In this document: in pieces, positions 45,902 through 54,862 of the stretch
How the letters are laid out: every line of letters starts with the position of its first letter
Numbering within the stretch: position 1 is the stretch's first letter
DNA from: Elusimicrobia bacterium GWF2_62_30
GTDB taxonomy: Bacteria; Elusimicrobiota; Elusimicrobia; Elusimicrobiales; UBA9959
Direction: 5' to 3'
Assembly: GCA_001799995.1 (NCBI GenBank)
Contig: MGUK01000007.1
Coordinates: forward strand, 25,927-89,926
DNA length: 64,000 bases
Position numbers and translations under genes: made by a program
Notes under the pieces: generated by a model
What the model was told of the DNA's origin: nothing
Seen by the model: the letters and a program-made list of their open reading frames with translations, nothing else
Databases searched by the model: none

Positions 45902-47089
45902 CTATTCTCCCTCGCTGCGTATCGCGTCCAGGGGGCGCACCCGCGCCGCCCGCCACGCCGGGTAAATGCCGCTCAGCAGTCCGCCCACGACTATCAGCGC
46001 GAAGGCGAAACCGCTGATGCGCGCGTCCAGCGCTATAAGCGCCCCGTTCGGGGCATAGGGCAGGAAGTAGCGCACCGCCGCTTCCGCGAGCCGCGCCGTT
46101 ACGAACGCCAGCCCTATGCCCGCGGCGCCGCCAAGGCCGCACAGGATGGCCGTCTCCATCCAGATCATCCTGAAGATGTCCAGCGGCATAGCGCCCATGC
46201 TTTTTATGATGCCTATTTCCGCGTAGCGCTCCATGACCGACATCAGGATGGTATTCACCACACCGGCCATCGCGATGATGATGGCGATGCCGGCGATGCC
46301 CAGCACTATCACGCGCGCGCTGTTGACCAGGTTCATTATCGTCGTCTTTACCTGCGCCATGGAGACCACCTGCACGTCGGGCAGTTCATAGAGCTTGTTC
46401 TCGAACGCGGCCATATCAATATCTTTCTTGACACGTATCCCCAGCCCCGTAAGCTGGCCTTTCTTTTTAAAGAGCTTCTGCACGGTATTTATGGGGAGGA
46501 AAATAGTCCCGTCGTCCTGTGTGCCGGAACGCTTGAGCACGCCTACCACCGTCAGTTCCTCGTCCATGCCCGGGATCAGCAGTTTGTCTCCCGCTTCCCG
46601 CTGTTCCAGTTCGGCCGCCTCAAAGCCCATCACGACCTCGTAGGAATCATTCCTGGAGAACCAGCCGCCCTGCTTGAATTCCAGGTAGGTCTTCATGCCT
46701 GGGAACGTTTCGGCGTCCACGCCCAGGTAGGCGGCCACGGCGCCGTTCTCGCCCTTGTCCGGGTCGAAGACGCCCTGCATCAGCATCGGCGTTATTTTAT
46801 CAACCTCGGCGTTGGCGTAGACCGTTTTGACCACGTCCTCCGGCATGTAGCGCAGCCCTGTCCCGCCTTTAAGCATGAGGGTGGCCGCCTCGTAGGGGCA
46901 GCCTTTGGCGGTCAGCAGCACCTGGAAGCCCATATTATCGATGTCGCGGTTGAGGCCCTGCTGGTAGCCGCGGTTAAAACCCAGCAGCGTGGCCAGCACC
47001 CAGGCCGACAGCATGATACCGCCGGCGGTGAGCGTGGTACGCACCTTCTTGCGCAGCAGGTTTTTGTAGGCTATGGAATATACGTTCAT
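45902..47089 (-). CDS. ABC transporter permease, FtsX/MacB type
   Basis: N-terminal TM helix, periplasmic MacB_PCD-like domain and a C-terminal FtsX three-helix bundle. Confidence 0.8.
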   Translation of the reverse strand: MNVYSIAYKNLLRKKVRTTLTAGGIMLSAWVLATLLGFNRGYQQGLNRDIDNMGFQVLLTAKGCPYEAATLMLKGGTGLRYMPEDVVKTVYANAEVDKITPMLMQGVFDPDKGENGAVAAYLGVDAETFPGMKTYLEFKQGGWFSRNDSYEVVMGFEAAELEQREAGDKLLIPGMDEELTVVGVLKRSGTQDDGTIFLPINTVQKLFKKKGQLTGLGIRVKKDIDMAAFENKLYELPDVQVVSMAQVKTTIMNLVNSARVIVLGIAGIAIIIAMAGVVNTILMSVMERYAEIGIIKSMGAMPLDIFRMIWMETAILCGLGGAAGIGLAFVTARLAEAAVRYFLPYAPNGALIALDARISGFAFALIVVGGLLSGIYPAWRAARVRPLDAIRSEGE

Positions 47090-47706
47090 TTTTCCTTCTT
47101 TGAGAAGACGAATTCGTCCATCAGTATCAGGTTCTTTTTTACGGCGCGCATAACGGAATTAAAATCCTTACCGGCTTTGACGGGGGCCTTGATCGCGGCC
47201 GGGGGGGAGCCGGGCGCCGCTTTGGCGGCCGCGGGATCGTATCCCTCGAAGTCTTTAAGCGCCAGGCCCGTGAACTGGGAACCGAATTCCCGGGAGCGCA
47301 GGTTTTTGGCGGCGCGGGAAGTAAGCTTCTGCACGTAAAACGCCTTTATTCCCCCGGCGGGGTCCAGCGCCAGGAAGACCTGGATGCCGCCGTATTCGCC
47401 CTTCTGGTTGACGCCGTGTATATAGCCTATGGTCTGCGTGCCCCTGTAAATATCGTAAAGAGTATAGGGAACATCGATGTTCTCGTAAAGGCCGTGAAAA
47501 CTGTCGCCCAGCCTTTTTTCTACCCGGGTCAGCAGTTCAGGCCCGCCGCCGGTCTTTATCGAAAGGTAGCGGGTCTTGTAGTTGGTGGAAGCGGGGAACA
47601 GGCGCGCCACGTCCCGGTCGGGGTCGTTCAGGTCGCAGCCCACGGCGGCGAAAGAACTGGGCGCGAAGCAGAACAAGAGCAGGACCGCGAGCATTTTTTT
47701 TGCCAT
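47086..47706 (-). CDS. Secreted FMN_bind-like domain protein
   Basis: Signal peptide MAKKMLAVLLLFCFAPSSFA. KGEYGGIQVFLALDPAGGIKAFYVQKLTS resembles the RnfG/NqrC-type FMN_bind fold. Overlaps the permease start. Confidence 0.45.
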   Translation of the reverse strand: MAKKMLAVLLLFCFAPSSFAAVGCDLNDPDRDVARLFPASTNYKTRYLSIKTGGGPELLTRVEKRLGDSFHGLYENIDVPYTLYDIYRGTQTIGYIHGVNQKGEYGGIQVFLALDPAGGIKAFYVQKLTSRAAKNLRSREFGSQFTGLALKDFEGYDPAAAKAAPGSPPAAIKAPVKAGKDFNSVMRAVKKNLILMDEFVFSKKEK

Positions 47707-47713
47707 ATTCCCT

Positions 47714-48688
47714 TTATAGCGGCAGGTAATAATACAGCTGGGTGGTCACCCGCCTGTCTTTCATGGGCTCGTCGTATTCGAACAGCGCGCGCCAGGTCAG
47801 TTCCGGGGCGAGCGTGAAGGAAACCCCGGAAGCCAGCGCCCAGCCTTCGGCTTTTTCCAGCCCGGAGTACACCGCCTGCGCCTCCAGTTTCAGCCGGTTC
47901 TCAGCAAGCAGGTTCAGGCCGAGGCGCGCAAGGCCCGCGGAATATTTCATGCCGCGCATTTTTCCGGCCCTCAGGTCGGCGCGCAGTTCCCAGCGGTCCC
48001 ACAGCAGGGCATAGTCCGTTCCCAGGGCCGCGCTGCTTCTTTCGGAGCCTTCCATGACGTCGTAGCCGTGGATCTCGGGGATCTTCCCCGCGGAGGCGTA
48101 AAAACCGTTCTCGCTGTTATCGCCGGAAAGCGAGCCTTTTGCCACCCTGGCCGACAGCAGGTAACTGCCGGCGCAGCGCAGGGGCATGCCGGAACCCGTA
48201 GTCGCGGAGAACGCGGCGCCGCCCCAGGCAAGGTCTTTCGAAACGCCAAGCCCCCAGTCTCGGTCATTGCCGTAGCCGTACATCGGCAGGACCTGCAGCA
48301 GGGCGCCGTGGGTATCGAAATAGGATTCCAGGCCGGAGGCGGGCCGGTTATGGCCCAGCCAAAGGTAGCCGTACGGGGTTTTAGCCCTGTAGTAAGCGTT
48401 ATAGAGCTGGGCCTCCAGGCGGTCGGACGCGTCCGGCTCGTAGGCGAGCCGGCCCTGCAGCGCGAGCGTGCCGGTATCCCCTGCTTCCGAAGAGAATTTG
48501 GAGAGGAAATCGAAGCCAGCGGAAGTCTTCTGCATCGGCGCGGACGCGGACATGGAATGAAAAACCGCTTTGCCGGCCTCGGAAGAATAGCCGCCTACGG
48601 CCTGCCCTTCGAAGTACAGCAGGTTCTCACCGGCCGCTGCGGCGCAGGGGAAAAGAAAACTAAATATTAAAAAGCACTTCGCCGGCAT
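47714..48688 (-). CDS. Outer-membrane porin-like beta-barrel protein
   Basis: Signal peptide and alternating amphipathic strands with Tyr/Gly-rich turns throughout. Confidence 0.5.
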   Translation of the reverse strand: MPAKCFLIFSFLFPCAAAAGENLLYFEGQAVGGYSSEAGKAVFHSMSASAPMQKTSAGFDFLSKFSSEAGDTGTLALQGRLAYEPDASDRLEAQLYNAYYRAKTPYGYLWLGHNRPASGLESYFDTHGALLQVLPMYGYGNDRDWGLGVSKDLAWGGAAFSATTGSGMPLRCAGSYLLSARVAKGSLSGDNSENGFYASAGKIPEIHGYDVMEGSERSSAALGTDYALLWDRWELRADLRAGKMRGMKYSAGLARLGLNLLAENRLKLEAQAVYSGLEKAEGWALASGVSFTLAPELTWRALFEYDEPMKDRRVTTQLYYYLPL

Positions 48689-49100
48689 AGATCTCCTTCT
48701 TGTCCTTCTTAACGCGCACGATAACGCGCCACTCGCCGGGCATTACGACGTCCACCGGCAGCAGGTAATTGCCTTTCTTGTTTTTCTTGAACTTCACCGC
48801 GCCGGAGTCATGGTAGGGCATGGACGGCATGCCCGAGTCCCCGATGAGCTCGTAGGAAGTGTCGCGCCTGCCGTCCTTTGAATACGCCTGGATTATCATG
48901 ATGCAGGTGCCCAGCTTAGGCTTATTATCGAATTTCCAGGTGAACCAGCCGCCGCCGGGCAGGCTGTTCTTCTTCCCGGCCTGGGCGAGCTGCGCTGGTT
49001 TGGCGGGCTTCACCGCCGCCGCGGGCGCGGTGGAACCGCCCGCTGCAGTGAAGGAGGGAAGAATAACGGCGAGCGCTCCGGTAAGGAACAGTTTTTTCAT
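48660..49100 (-). CDS. Secreted YtkA/FixH-like domain protein
   Basis: Signal peptide. The MPSMPYHDSG...GNYLLPVDVVMPGEWRVIVRV pattern is typical of YtkA-like domains. Confidence 0.5.
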   Translation of the reverse strand: MKKLFLTGALAVILPSFTAAGGSTAPAAAVKPAKPAQLAQAGKKNSLPGGGWFTWKFDNKPKLGTCIMIIQAYSKDGRRDTSYELIGDSGMPSMPYHDSGAVKFKKNKKGNYLLPVDVVMPGEWRVIVRVKKDKKEIYAGEVLFNI

Positions 49101-49220
49101 AAAGATATCACGGGCAATGACGTTCTGAGCTGCCGCGGCCGCTACCCCCTGTACGCGGCAGCCGTTTCTTAGGGTAATTATACAAAGTTACAGGCCGCCG
49201 CTCTGCCGGGCCTGCGTAAA

Positions 49221-49232
49221 AATTATATAATT
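49221..49232. promoter_or_regulatory. Perfect 12-bp palindrome AATTATATAATT in a divergent promoter region
   Basis: Contains TATAAT on both strands (49226-49231 plus, 49222-49227 minus). No good -35 on either side. It could be shared back-to-back -10 boxes or an operator. Confidence 0.35.
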
Positions 49233-49280
49233 ACATTCGGTAAAACCTTAACCTGTTCTAGAGTCCATGGAGAACCACAG

Positions 49281-49982
49281 ATGAAAAAGATCCTGCTGAC
49301 AGCTATAATCGCCCTGGCCGTGACTTCCGGCAACTTATTTGCGGCCGACAAAGCCGCCCCCGCAGATAAAAAAGCCGCCGCTCCCGAACACGACTGCGCG
49401 GACTGTCCCATGCACAAGAAAGCCGCGGAGAAGAAGGCCGGCGACAAGAAAGACATCAACTGCCCCATGGGGGAGATGGGAAAAGCGAAAAAGCACGAAG
49501 GCAAAATGTGCCCCGAGCAGATGCCCGGCGTTGAAAAGACCTCTAAGAACATCGACAACGGCGTAGAGATAACGATGACGGCCAAGGACAAGGAAACCGC
49601 CGCCAAGGTCCAGAAGCTGGTAGCCGAGCGCCACTCGGACAAGTCCCAGATGAACAAGGACTGCGCTTGCGCCATGGAAGGCGCCGAGACCAAAGTTGAG
49701 AATACCGCTGACGGCGTCAAGATAACGATAACCGGCAAAACCCCGGAAGCGGCAAAAAAGATACAGGAAGCCGTCTCTAAAAAGCACGCCGGCAAAGACT
49801 GCGACTGCGGCGGCAAGCACGCCGGCAAGCACGCCGCCAAGGGCATAGATGAAGCCAAGGCGGCAAATGCGGCCAAGGCTGCAAAGAAATATATGTGCCC
49901 GATGAAATGCCCCGGCGGCGAATCCGACAAGCCCGGCAAATGCCCCAAGTGCGGCATGCCTCTCGAAGAAGTAAAACAGTGA
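49281..49982 (+). CDS. Secreted Cys/His/Met-rich protein with C-terminal heavy-metal-binding domain (HMBD)
   Basis: Signal peptide. CxxC/CPM motifs (HDCADCPMH, INCPMGEM, KMCPEQM). Internal duplication at aa 92-130 and 143-176. C-terminal YMCPMKCPGGESDKPGKCPKCGMPLE. Confidence 0.65.
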   Translation: MKKILLTAIIALAVTSGNLFAADKAAPADKKAAAPEHDCADCPMHKKAAEKKAGDKKDINCPMGEMGKAKKHEGKMCPEQMPGVEKTSKNIDNGVEITMTAKDKETAAKVQKLVAERHSDKSQMNKDCACAMEGAETKVENTADGVKITITGKTPEAAKKIQEAVSKKHAGKDCDCGGKHAGKHAAKGIDEAKAANAAKAAKKYMCPMKCPGGESDKPGKCPKCGMPLEEVKQ

Positions 49983-50023
49983 TCCCGGCGGCGGGAACGA
50001 ACAGCCATTCGACAGGAGAACCT

Positions 50024-50707
50024 ATGACGCACGTCTGGAAAGCCATTAAAAAGGTGCCTTTTTTCAAGGGACTGAAAGACACCGAGATAATGCAGGTCAT
50101 CAAGATAGCCGACTCCCGCCGCTACAGGAAAGGGGAGATAATCTTCCGTAAAAAAGATATCGGCAACAGCTTCTTCATCGTCAAGGAAGGCAAGGTCAAG
50201 ATCTTCACTTCCATCGGCGGCGACAAGAAAAAGACGTTCGCCTTCCTTAAGCGCGGGGATTTTTTCGGCGAGATGTCCCTGCTCGGCGGCAGGGTGCGCT
50301 CAGCTTCGGCCCAAGCGTCCGAGGAAACGGAACTCTACGTCATCTCCAAGAAGAATTTCAAGCGGCTCATCATGGCCAACCCGGAATTCACGCTGAAGCT
50401 CCTGCAGACCCTGGCCGACCGCCTCACCAGGGCAGACCGGGAAATAGCCTCGATGCTGTTCCACAACATACTGGGACGCCTCGCCGAAGCCGTGCTTGAG
50501 CTTGCCAAGGGAAAGCACACCGGCCAGGCCAAGGTCGCCATAGACCAGAGCGAGCTGGCCCAGTACCTGGGCACCACCCGCGTACCCGTCTGCCGCGCCA
50601 TAAACGTGCTCAAGCGCGACGGCGTCATTGATTACCGCAGGGGAGAACTTATCATTCTCGACCACGCCCGCCTCGTCTCCATGGCGGGCAGCGGGGCCGA
50701 CCTGTGA
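50024..50707 (+). CDS. Crp/Fnr family transcriptional regulator
   Basis: cNMP-binding domain (FFKGL...GEIIFRKKDIGNSFFIVKEGKVKIF...GDFFGEMSLL) and C-terminal HTH (SELAQYLGTTRVPVCRAINVLKRDGVI). AGGAGA RBS. Track ORF trimmed from 49895. Confidence 0.85.
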   Translation: MTHVWKAIKKVPFFKGLKDTEIMQVIKIADSRRYRKGEIIFRKKDIGNSFFIVKEGKVKIFTSIGGDKKKTFAFLKRGDFFGEMSLLGGRVRSASAQASEETELYVISKKNFKRLIMANPEFTLKLLQTLADRLTRADREIASMLFHNILGRLAEAVLELAKGKHTGQAKVAIDQSELAQYLGTTRVPVCRAINVLKRDGVIDYRRGELIILDHARLVSMAGSGADL

Positions 50708-51948
50708 TAACTTCGCTCAGGGGCTTCCGCGACATCCTGCCGCCGGAATCGGACATTTTCGCCCGCGTAGAGGCGGCGGCGCGGGAAGTGTTCGGCCTGT
50801 ACGGCTACCAGGAACTGCGCATCCCCACGCTTGAACAGAAGGAGCTCTTCGTAAAATCCACCGGCGACACCACCGACATAGTGGAAAAAGAAATGTACGC
50901 CTTCACCGACGGCGGCGGCCGCGAAATAGCCAACCGCCCCGAAGGGACCCCCGGGGTGGTGCGCGCCTATATCGAACACAACCTCGGCCAGACCGGGCGC
51001 AACGCCAAGTTCTTCTACATAGGCAGCATGTTCCGGGCCGAGCGCCCGCAGGCAGGCCGCTACCGCGAGTTCGAGCAGATAGGCGCCGAGCATATCGGCA
51101 ACCCCGCGCCCGCGGCCGACGCCGAGACCATTTCCATGCTGGTGCGCCTGCTTGAAAAAGCCGGGGTAGAAGGCTGCTCCGTGGTCATAAACTCACTCGG
51201 CTGCGCGGAATGCCGCAAAGCCTACCGCGAAATACTGCTGTCCTTCCTGCGCACGCACGCCGGGACCCTCTGCGAACCCTGCAAGGGCCGCATTGAGCGC
51301 AACCCGCTGCGCGCCCTCGACTGCAAGATAGACGGCCCAAAGCTGGCGCAGGAAGCGCCGAAGCTGGCGCTCTGCCCCGCCTGCGTCGAGCACTTTGACG
51401 GAACACAGCGCCTGCTGGGCGCGGCCGGCATCAAGTACGAAGTGAACCCCAATCTAGTGCGCGGGCTGGATTACTACACCCGCACGGTCTTCGAAGTGCG
51501 CTCCACCGCCCTGGGCAGCCAGGACGCGGTAGCCGGCGGCGGCCGCTACGACGATCTCATCAGATCCATGGGCGGCCCCGCCGCGCCCGCCATAGGCTGG
51601 GCCATGGGCGTGGACCGCCTGGCCATGCTGCTCAAAGATAAGGCCGTTATAGACACCGCCCCCAAAGCCTTCGTCATAGCCGCCGCCAAAGAAGCGGGAG
51701 ACAAAGCCTTTGAAGTAATGACCAGCCTCCGCGCCGCGGGCATCAGCGCCGATTTTTCAAACTTCGCGCTGAGCCTCAAGTCGCAGATGCGCTCCGCCGA
51801 CAAGAGCGGCGCCTCCTTCGCGCTCCTGATAGGCGAAGACGAGCTCAAAGCCGGCACCGTCGCCATCAAGCCCCTAAAGGTAAAAGGCGAACAGTTCACA
51901 GTCGCCGCTGCCGACGCTCCCGCAAAGCTGAAGGAGCTGATGCGGTAA
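50704..51948 (+). CDS. hisS: Histidine--tRNA ligase
   Basis: GTG start overlapping the crp stop (GTGA). LRGFRDILP, MFRAERPQAGRYREFEQIG (motif 2) and GGGRYDDL. Confidence 0.92.
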   Translation: MITSLRGFRDILPPESDIFARVEAAAREVFGLYGYQELRIPTLEQKELFVKSTGDTTDIVEKEMYAFTDGGGREIANRPEGTPGVVRAYIEHNLGQTGRNAKFFYIGSMFRAERPQAGRYREFEQIGAEHIGNPAPAADAETISMLVRLLEKAGVEGCSVVINSLGCAECRKAYREILLSFLRTHAGTLCEPCKGRIERNPLRALDCKIDGPKLAQEAPKLALCPACVEHFDGTQRLLGAAGIKYEVNPNLVRGLDYYTRTVFEVRSTALGSQDAVAGGGRYDDLIRSMGGPAAPAIGWAMGVDRLAMLLKDKAVIDTAPKAFVIAAAKEAGDKAFEVMTSLRAAGISADFSNFALSLKSQMRSADKSGASFALLIGEDELKAGTVAIKPLKVKGEQFTVAAADAPAKLKELMR

Positions 51949-51971
51949 GAGTTCTCCGGGATCAGATCATG

Positions 51972-52154
51972 CCGGAGGGGTGGCGAGGGCATGGGTTCGG
52001 CGGGCCCTGTCGGGGTGGAGCGAAGCGACACTTCCCCGCGCGAGGCTTGCGTAAGCGCCGAGCCCGGATAGCCGAAGGCTAGGTCCCCGAGAGGAGCGCG
52101 GCCACGGTGTGGCCGACGCGGTGCCCGCCGGGCCCATACCCTCGACACCCCGAC
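51972..52154 (+). repeat. Nested-palindrome intergenic element, copy C
   Basis: 32-nt arms near 51975-52006 and 52123-52154. Core identical to copy A (gaggcttgcgtaagcgccgagccc ... gagcgcggccacggtgtggccga) with an extra 23-nt hairpin insert ggatagccgaaggctaggtcccc. Confidence 0.85.
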
Positions 52155-52185
52155 ACAAACTAAGAGATTCTTCAACTAACCACCT

Positions 52186-53967
52186 ATGACCACAATCAAC
52201 AACACCTCGAAAGCCACCGCGCTGCGCACCCACACCTGCGGCGAACTCAACGCCTCCCACGCCGGCCAGACCGTAACCCTCTCCGGCTGGCTCGACAGCA
52301 AACGCAACCACGGCGGCGTCCTCTTCATCAACCTCCGCGACCTCTACGGCATCACCCAAGTAGTAGCCGATCCCGGCGGACCCGCCTTCAAGACCGCCGA
52401 AGAAGCCAAGAGCGAATACGCCCTGCGCGTCACCGGTAAAGTGCGCCAGCGCCCCGGCGCCAACGCCAACAAGCACATGCCCACCGGCGAAATAGAGCTG
52501 GAAGCCCTGGAGATCCAGGTCCTCAACGCCTCCCTGCCGCTGCCCTTCGACCTCGGCGAACACGCCGGCGTCTCCGAAGAGACCCGCCTCAAATACCGTT
52601 TTCTCGACCTGCGCCGGCCCCGCATGGCTAAGAACCTCGTCCTGCGCAGCCGCCTCTCCCGGATAATCCGCGATTACCTTTACGACCTCGATTTCAACGA
52701 AGTGGAGACCCCTATGCTCACCCGCTCCACCCCCGAGGGCGCGCGCGACTTCGTAGTGCCCTCGCGCAACAACCCCGGCGAGTTCTACGCCCTGCCGCAG
52801 TCCCCGCAGCAGTTCAAGCAGGTGCTGATGATGTCCGGCATGGACCGTTATTTCCAGCTGGCCCGCAATTTCCGCGACGAGGAGCTCCGCTCCGACCGCC
52901 AGCCCGAACACACGCAGGTAGACCTGGAAATGTCCTTCGTGGACGAACAGGACATAGCCCGCGTAGTGGAAGGCATGATGAAGGCCGTGTTCGCCAGCCT
53001 GGGCGACGAGGTCTCCGGGCCGTTCCCGGAAATGGAATTCTCCGACGTAATGCTCAAGTACGGCTCGGACAAACCGGACCTGCGCTACAGCCTCGAGATC
53101 AAGGACTGCTCCGATCTCTTCAAAACCTCCGAGTTCAAAGTGTTCTCCGGCGCGCTGGCCGACGGCGGCGTAGTGCGCGCCATAAGAGGCGAAGGCGCGG
53201 CCGTTTTCAGCCGCGGGGACATGGACAAGCTCACCGAGCTGGTGAAAAGACTCGGAGCCAAAGGCCTTGTCTGGCTGCGCTTCAAGGACGGCAAATGGGA
53301 ATCGCCCACGCTGAAGTTCATAAGCGAGGCCGAGCAGGCCGCGCTGAAAGAGCGCCTGGGCGTTAAGGACGGCGACGCCGTCTTCCTGGCCGCCGACAAA
53401 GCCGCCGTGGCGGCCCCGTGCCTGGGAGCGCTCCGCAACGAACTAATCGCACGCCTTAAGCCCGCAGCGATAAAAAAATGGGCCTTCCTGTGGGTCCGGC
53501 ATTTCCCGCTGCTGGAAAAAGACGCGGAATCCGGCAACTGGACATTCACACATAATCCCTTCACGGCCCCGCTGCCGGAAGAGGCGCACAAGCTCGACAC
53601 CGATCCCGGCAATATCCGCTCAGCCCAGTACGACCTGGTCCTCAACGGCGTCGAACTGGGCTCAGGCTCGGTGCGCAACCACAGCCGCGCCATGCAGGAG
53701 AAGATCTTCGCGCTGATGGGCTACGACAAGGAACAGGTGCAGAAACGCTTCGGCATGATAGTCAACGCCATGGATTTCGGCGCACCGCCGCATGGCGGTA
53801 TCGGGATGGGCTACGACCGCCTGATAGGACTCATCTGCGGCACGGAGTCCATCCGCGACGTGATAGCTTTTCCGAAGACTACCAGCGGCGCCTGCCTCAT
53901 GAGCGACGCCCCTTCTACAATAGACGCCAAACAGCTCAAAGAGCTGCACTTGAAGATCGAGAATTAA
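52186..53967 (+). CDS. aspS: Aspartate--tRNA ligase (bacterial type)
   Basis: OB-fold N-terminus (LSGWLDSKRNHGGVLFINLRD), FRDEELRSDRQPEHTQVD motif 2, a GAD insertion domain, and GGIGMGYDRL motif 3. Confidence 0.93.
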   Translation: MTTINNTSKATALRTHTCGELNASHAGQTVTLSGWLDSKRNHGGVLFINLRDLYGITQVVADPGGPAFKTAEEAKSEYALRVTGKVRQRPGANANKHMPTGEIELEALEIQVLNASLPLPFDLGEHAGVSEETRLKYRFLDLRRPRMAKNLVLRSRLSRIIRDYLYDLDFNEVETPMLTRSTPEGARDFVVPSRNNPGEFYALPQSPQQFKQVLMMSGMDRYFQLARNFRDEELRSDRQPEHTQVDLEMSFVDEQDIARVVEGMMKAVFASLGDEVSGPFPEMEFSDVMLKYGSDKPDLRYSLEIKDCSDLFKTSEFKVFSGALADGGVVRAIRGEGAAVFSRGDMDKLTELVKRLGAKGLVWLRFKDGKWESPTLKFISEAEQAALKERLGVKDGDAVFLAADKAAVAAPCLGALRNELIARLKPAAIKKWAFLWVRHFPLLEKDAESGNWTFTHNPFTAPLPEEAHKLDTDPGNIRSAQYDLVLNGVELGSGSVRNHSRAMQEKIFALMGYDKEQVQKRFGMIVNAMDFGAPPHGGIGMGYDRLIGLICGTESIRDVIAFPKTTSGACLMSDAPSTIDAKQLKELHLKIEN

Positions 53968-53977
53968 GGGCGCCCGC

Positions 53978-54862
53978 ATGTTCCCGGACTGGATACTGAC
54001 CGAGGTAAAAAAGAACAAGGCCGGCCTGCGCGCCTCCGCGGCCGCCGGCACCTCGGGCGATCTGGCCGAGAGCCGGCTGCATACGGTCTGCGCCGAAGCC
54101 CTGTGCCCCAACCGCGGCAAGTGCTTTTCCGAGGGCGAGGCCACTTTCCTTATACTGGGGGACAGCTGCACCCGGTCCTGCACTTTCTGCGCCGTATCCA
54201 GGCGCAAGCCGGGGCCGCCGGACCCGGGCGAACCCCGGCGCGCGGCGCTGCTCGCCAAAAAGTGGAATTTAAAACACGCGGTCTTCACCTCGCCGACGCG
54301 CGACGACCTCGCCGACGGCGGTGCGGCCCACTTCGCCGCCACCGTGGCCGAAATGAAAAAACTAAACCCGGGCATGACCACGGAGCCCCTCATTCCCGAC
54401 TTCAAAGGCGACAGCCAGGCGCTGAAGACCGTCCTGGCCGCGGGCCCCGACGTGCTGGGCCACAATATCGAGACGGCCGCCGGCCTTTATGAAACAGTAC
54501 GCATCGGCGCGGATTACCGGCGTTCGCTGGAACTCCTGGCCCGGGCCAAGCGCCTGCGCCCGGAAACCCTCACCAAGTCCGGGCTCATGCTGGGCCTCGG
54601 CGAGACCGACGCGCAGATAGAGCGCACCCTCGGCGACCTTCGTGACCACGCCTGCGACCTGCTGACCCTAGGGCAGTACCTGGCCCCGTCAAAAACGCAT
54701 TTCCCGGTAAAGAAGTATTACACCCCCGAAGAATTCTCGTCGTGGGAACGCAAGGCCTCGGACATGGGGTTCAGAGCCGTCCTCGCGGGCCCGCTGGTAC
54801 GGAGCTCCTACCGCGCCCATTGGCTTTACCAGGAAGCGGGGAGGGGCCATGGAACCCGCTGA
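53978..54862 (+). CDS. lipA: Lipoyl synthase
   Basis: CEEALCPNRGKC-like auxiliary cluster motif (CAEALCPNRGKC) and radical-SAM CTRSCTFC. Confidence 0.9.
   Translation: MFPDWILTEVKKNKAGLRASAAAGTSGDLAESRLHTVCAEALCPNRGKCFSEGEATFLILGDSCTRSCTFCAVSRRKPGPPDPGEPRRAALLAKKWNLKHAVFTSPTRDDLADGGAAHFAATVAEMKKLNPGMTTEPLIPDFKGDSQALKTVLAAGPDVLGHNIETAAGLYETVRIGADYRRSLELLARAKRLRPETLTKSGLMLGLGETDAQIERTLGDLRDHACDLLTLGQYLAPSKTHFPVKKYYTPEEFSSWERKASDMGFRAVLAGPLVRSSYRAHWLYQEAGRGHGTR

Noticed and set aside
49223-50032. A 269-aa minus-strand ORF opposite the HMBD protein gene.
   Set aside because: It is antisense to a gene with a signal peptide, an RBS and coherent metal-binding motifs. Its own translation is Ala/Ser/Cys/Phe-rich without features or an RBS.
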